From Perkinsela sp. CCAP 1560/9 (taxonomy: Eukaryota; Protista; Euglenozoa: Kinetoplastea): a stretch of 48,265 nt of DNA. The translations under genes were made by a program, and so were the position numbers. The stretch's first letter is position 1. Every line of letters begins with the position of its first letter. Where the stretch lies: positions 1-48,265 of the forward strand of contig CBFFSA010000060.1 in the NCBI GenBank assembly GCA_965644495.1, given 5' to 3'. The notes under the pieces are model-generated. The model was not told the DNA's origin and searched no databases. It saw only the letters and a program-made list of their open reading frames with translations. This document shows, piece after piece, positions 46,258 through 48,265 of this stretch.

Positions 46258-46920
46258 GGCGGAGGTGGCCGAGTGGCAAGAATTCAAAGTTTGAAGCACA
46301 TGATGCTCAGACGGCGAGTTCAAACCCGCTCATCGCAATATTCCTGGCGGCCTCACTCTAAGAGGCTGGGCTGAGAACCGACTAGGCCCAGTACTCGGAG
46401 GACCGTCCCGGACCCTCCCCTCAGGGAACTAGCACCCTTACCCGGCTTACAAAATCCAAAAATCCAAATCATTCCGGATTGCTCCGGATGGTCAATGGCA
46501 AGCCAGACCCTTCACAGACAGATTTGGAAGTTCCGAGGCCGACAGGGCTGGTTCCCTGAGGGGAGGGTCCGGGACGGTCCTCCGAGTACTGGGCCTAGTC
46601 GGTTCTCAGCCCAGCCTCTTAGAGCGAGGCCGCCGGGAATATTGCGATGAGCGGGTTTGAACTCGCCGTCTGAGCACCATGTGCTTGAAACTTTGAATTC
46701 TTGCCACTCCGCCACCTCCGCCCGGCTTACGCCTCTTGGGTGTGCCGTGTTGACGTACAGTTCGTCGACGCATCGTGTTGGCAACAGCACGTTGGTGCCG
46801 CCTTGGGCAAGCGGAAACTGGTAGAGGACGTCGGCCTCGGAACTTCCAAATCTGTCTGTGAAGGGTCTGGCTTGCCAGTGACCATCCGGAGCAATCCGGA
46901 ATGATTTTGATTTTTTTTTT
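46258..46920. mobile_element. SINE A (+; 46258-46450 and ~46723-46920) with an inverted, internally deleted SINE A (46451-46722) nested inside
   Basis: CCCGGCTTAC is duplicated at 46441-46450 and 46721-46730 around the inverted copy. Confidence 0.88.
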
Positions 46921-47173
46921 GACTCGAAGAGACTTTATAGAGTTCCTTCGTCGCTTTGTAGCAGAACAAGGCCAGCAAGTTTTAGGAGGATTTCTCCTAT
47001 CGCACTAGGCCGTACGCGACCTTCGGCTTTGGGGAGGGCAACAAGTCGAGCGCGTCGCAGGCGTGTCATGAGCTGTTTGGACAGACACCCATTGATTAAA
47101 TCGAGAAGCATGTGGCTTAAGTATATGCAACAGACTTCCATCCGTAATACTTCTTGACAATTCTTCCCCTTTT

Positions 47174-47820
47174 GATGCGGTGCGGGCGTAGTTGGTAGAC
47201 GGTGGGCCTTACAACCTGTAGGTTGTTTGTTCGATTCCCGCTATCGACAAAACTCGCAACCTGGTGGCCTCACTATAAAGGGAAAGCGATCAGAAGTGCC
47301 TTCAAGGCCCACACCCAACCCCGCTCCCCTGGAGGACCGACCCGGAACCGCAGAGCTGAGCCAGGCTCCAGCGCAGCCGCTAAATTGCGAGCTGCTTACG
47401 CAAAGAAGGCTTGAGACACAGCCTACACGATGCAACGGGTTGGGCGCCAGTCCTGGTAGCTACGGTTGGGTAGCCGTTCTCGGGCCGCAAGGCGTCGAGT
47501 GCCGTCTGGGAAGGGGGTAGCAAGACGATGAAGGTCGGTGGGCCTGAGACTCTACCCTAACGGTTGGCGCTGCAGAGCCCTCCGTGTTCTTCTTCTTCTT
47601 CTTCTTTCTTCTTCTTCTTCTTCTTCTTCTTCTTCTTCTTCTTCTTCTTCTTCTTCTTCTTCTTCTTCTTCTCTTCTTCTTCTTCTTCTTCTTCTTCTTC
47701 TTCTTCTTCTTCTTCTTCTTCTTCTTCTTCTTCTTCTTCTTTCTTCTTCTTCTTCTTCTTCTTCTTCTTCTTCTTCTTCTTCTTCTTCTTCTTCTTCTTC
47801 TTCTTCTTCTTCTTCTTCTT

Positions 47821-47850
<30 letters not shown>
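47174..47850 (+). mobile_element. Putative second tRNA-derived SINE (family B) with a (TTC)n tail
   Basis: A-box-like GGCGTAGTTGG, CTTACAA loop (Val-like), B box GTTCGATTCC and blocks shared with SINE A. Interrupts the retrotransposon ORF. Only one copy in the window. Confidence 0.62.
47587..47850. repeat. (TTC)n microsatellite, ~264 bp
   Basis: Seen directly. Confidence 0.98.
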
Positions 47851-47851
<1 letters not shown>

Positions 47852-48265
47852 TCTAACAGTAGACGAATGATGCCGTCGGTCAGTCCTGTGGGGCCTTGTG
47901 CTGCCCCCTTTGCCAAACGACGTCCTACGAAACGGAGCTCCTAGGTTGTAATGCATGCGATTTGGGGTGCATCATGAGGCAACTGAAATGTAATCGGGCC
48001 ATCCGGATGCAATGCTTTAAGCTGGGAGAAAATTTCTTCGTCGGATATAGTGTTTGGCTTGATTTTCCTGTCTAGTACTTTAGTAGCTTTTTAGACTGCA
48101 CCTTCCAGCACGAATCGAATAGCTTTTTTAATTGCTCGTTTGTCGATTTCTTGTTAAAGCGATGTGGTTGATTCAAGGTTTTCTTTCAGTGGACGTCGCC
48201 GTCTGCGTTTGGCCTCGGCTATCTTGACGGTTGTGAGTGAGTACTTAACGGCTGATAAGGCGCGA

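Larger units (their letters stand above)
45497..48265 (-). mobile_element. CRE-like family 3, copy B, RT region (segments 45497-46156, 46921-47142 and 47851-end)
   Basis: Motifs KGAAQGPTGL, RLVALPKAEGRVRPSAIGE, SLDVKNA, GVRQ and YIDD; closely similar to 26708-27318. Confidence 0.82.

Noticed and set aside
47538-47944. Poly-Lys/Glu/Ser/Phe/Leu ORFs
   Set aside because: They are translations of the (TTC)n microsatellite.

Overview
The window has two parts. Bases 1 to ~12,258 are bacterial. They look like an intracellular gammaproteobacterium (Legionellales/Coxiellaceae-like, by inference) and contain a PI3/4-kinase-like plus leucine-rich-repeat effector candidate, tRNA-Ser(GGA), dapE, dapD, an AcrA/AcrB-type RND pump, an OTU-deubiquitinase-like gene and a truncated IS3. 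Almost all of these are broken by single-base, mostly homopolymer indels. Inside the IS3 transposase the sequence switches abruptly to eukaryotic DNA made almost entirely of nested transposons. These are: (i) a ~14 kb Helitron2/Helentron-type element (Zn-finger array, HUH Rep, PIF1 helicase, RRM cargo ORF) with about 10 non-autonomous copies that have a 5' mini-hairpin, an 11-bp asymmetric inverted repeat and an unusual 119-bp 3' palindrome; (ii) three CRE-like RLE non-LTR retrotransposon families, two with a zinc finger inside the endonuclease; (iii) an APE-RT-RNase H LINE; (iv) two tRNA-derived SINE families that share a core; (v) a retroposed tRNA-Gly; and (vi) a Tc1/mariner fragment. The sequence alone cannot show whether the bacterial-eukaryote join is a real endosymbiont-to-host transfer or an assembly chimera. 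All calls come from manual motif reading; no database search was run.
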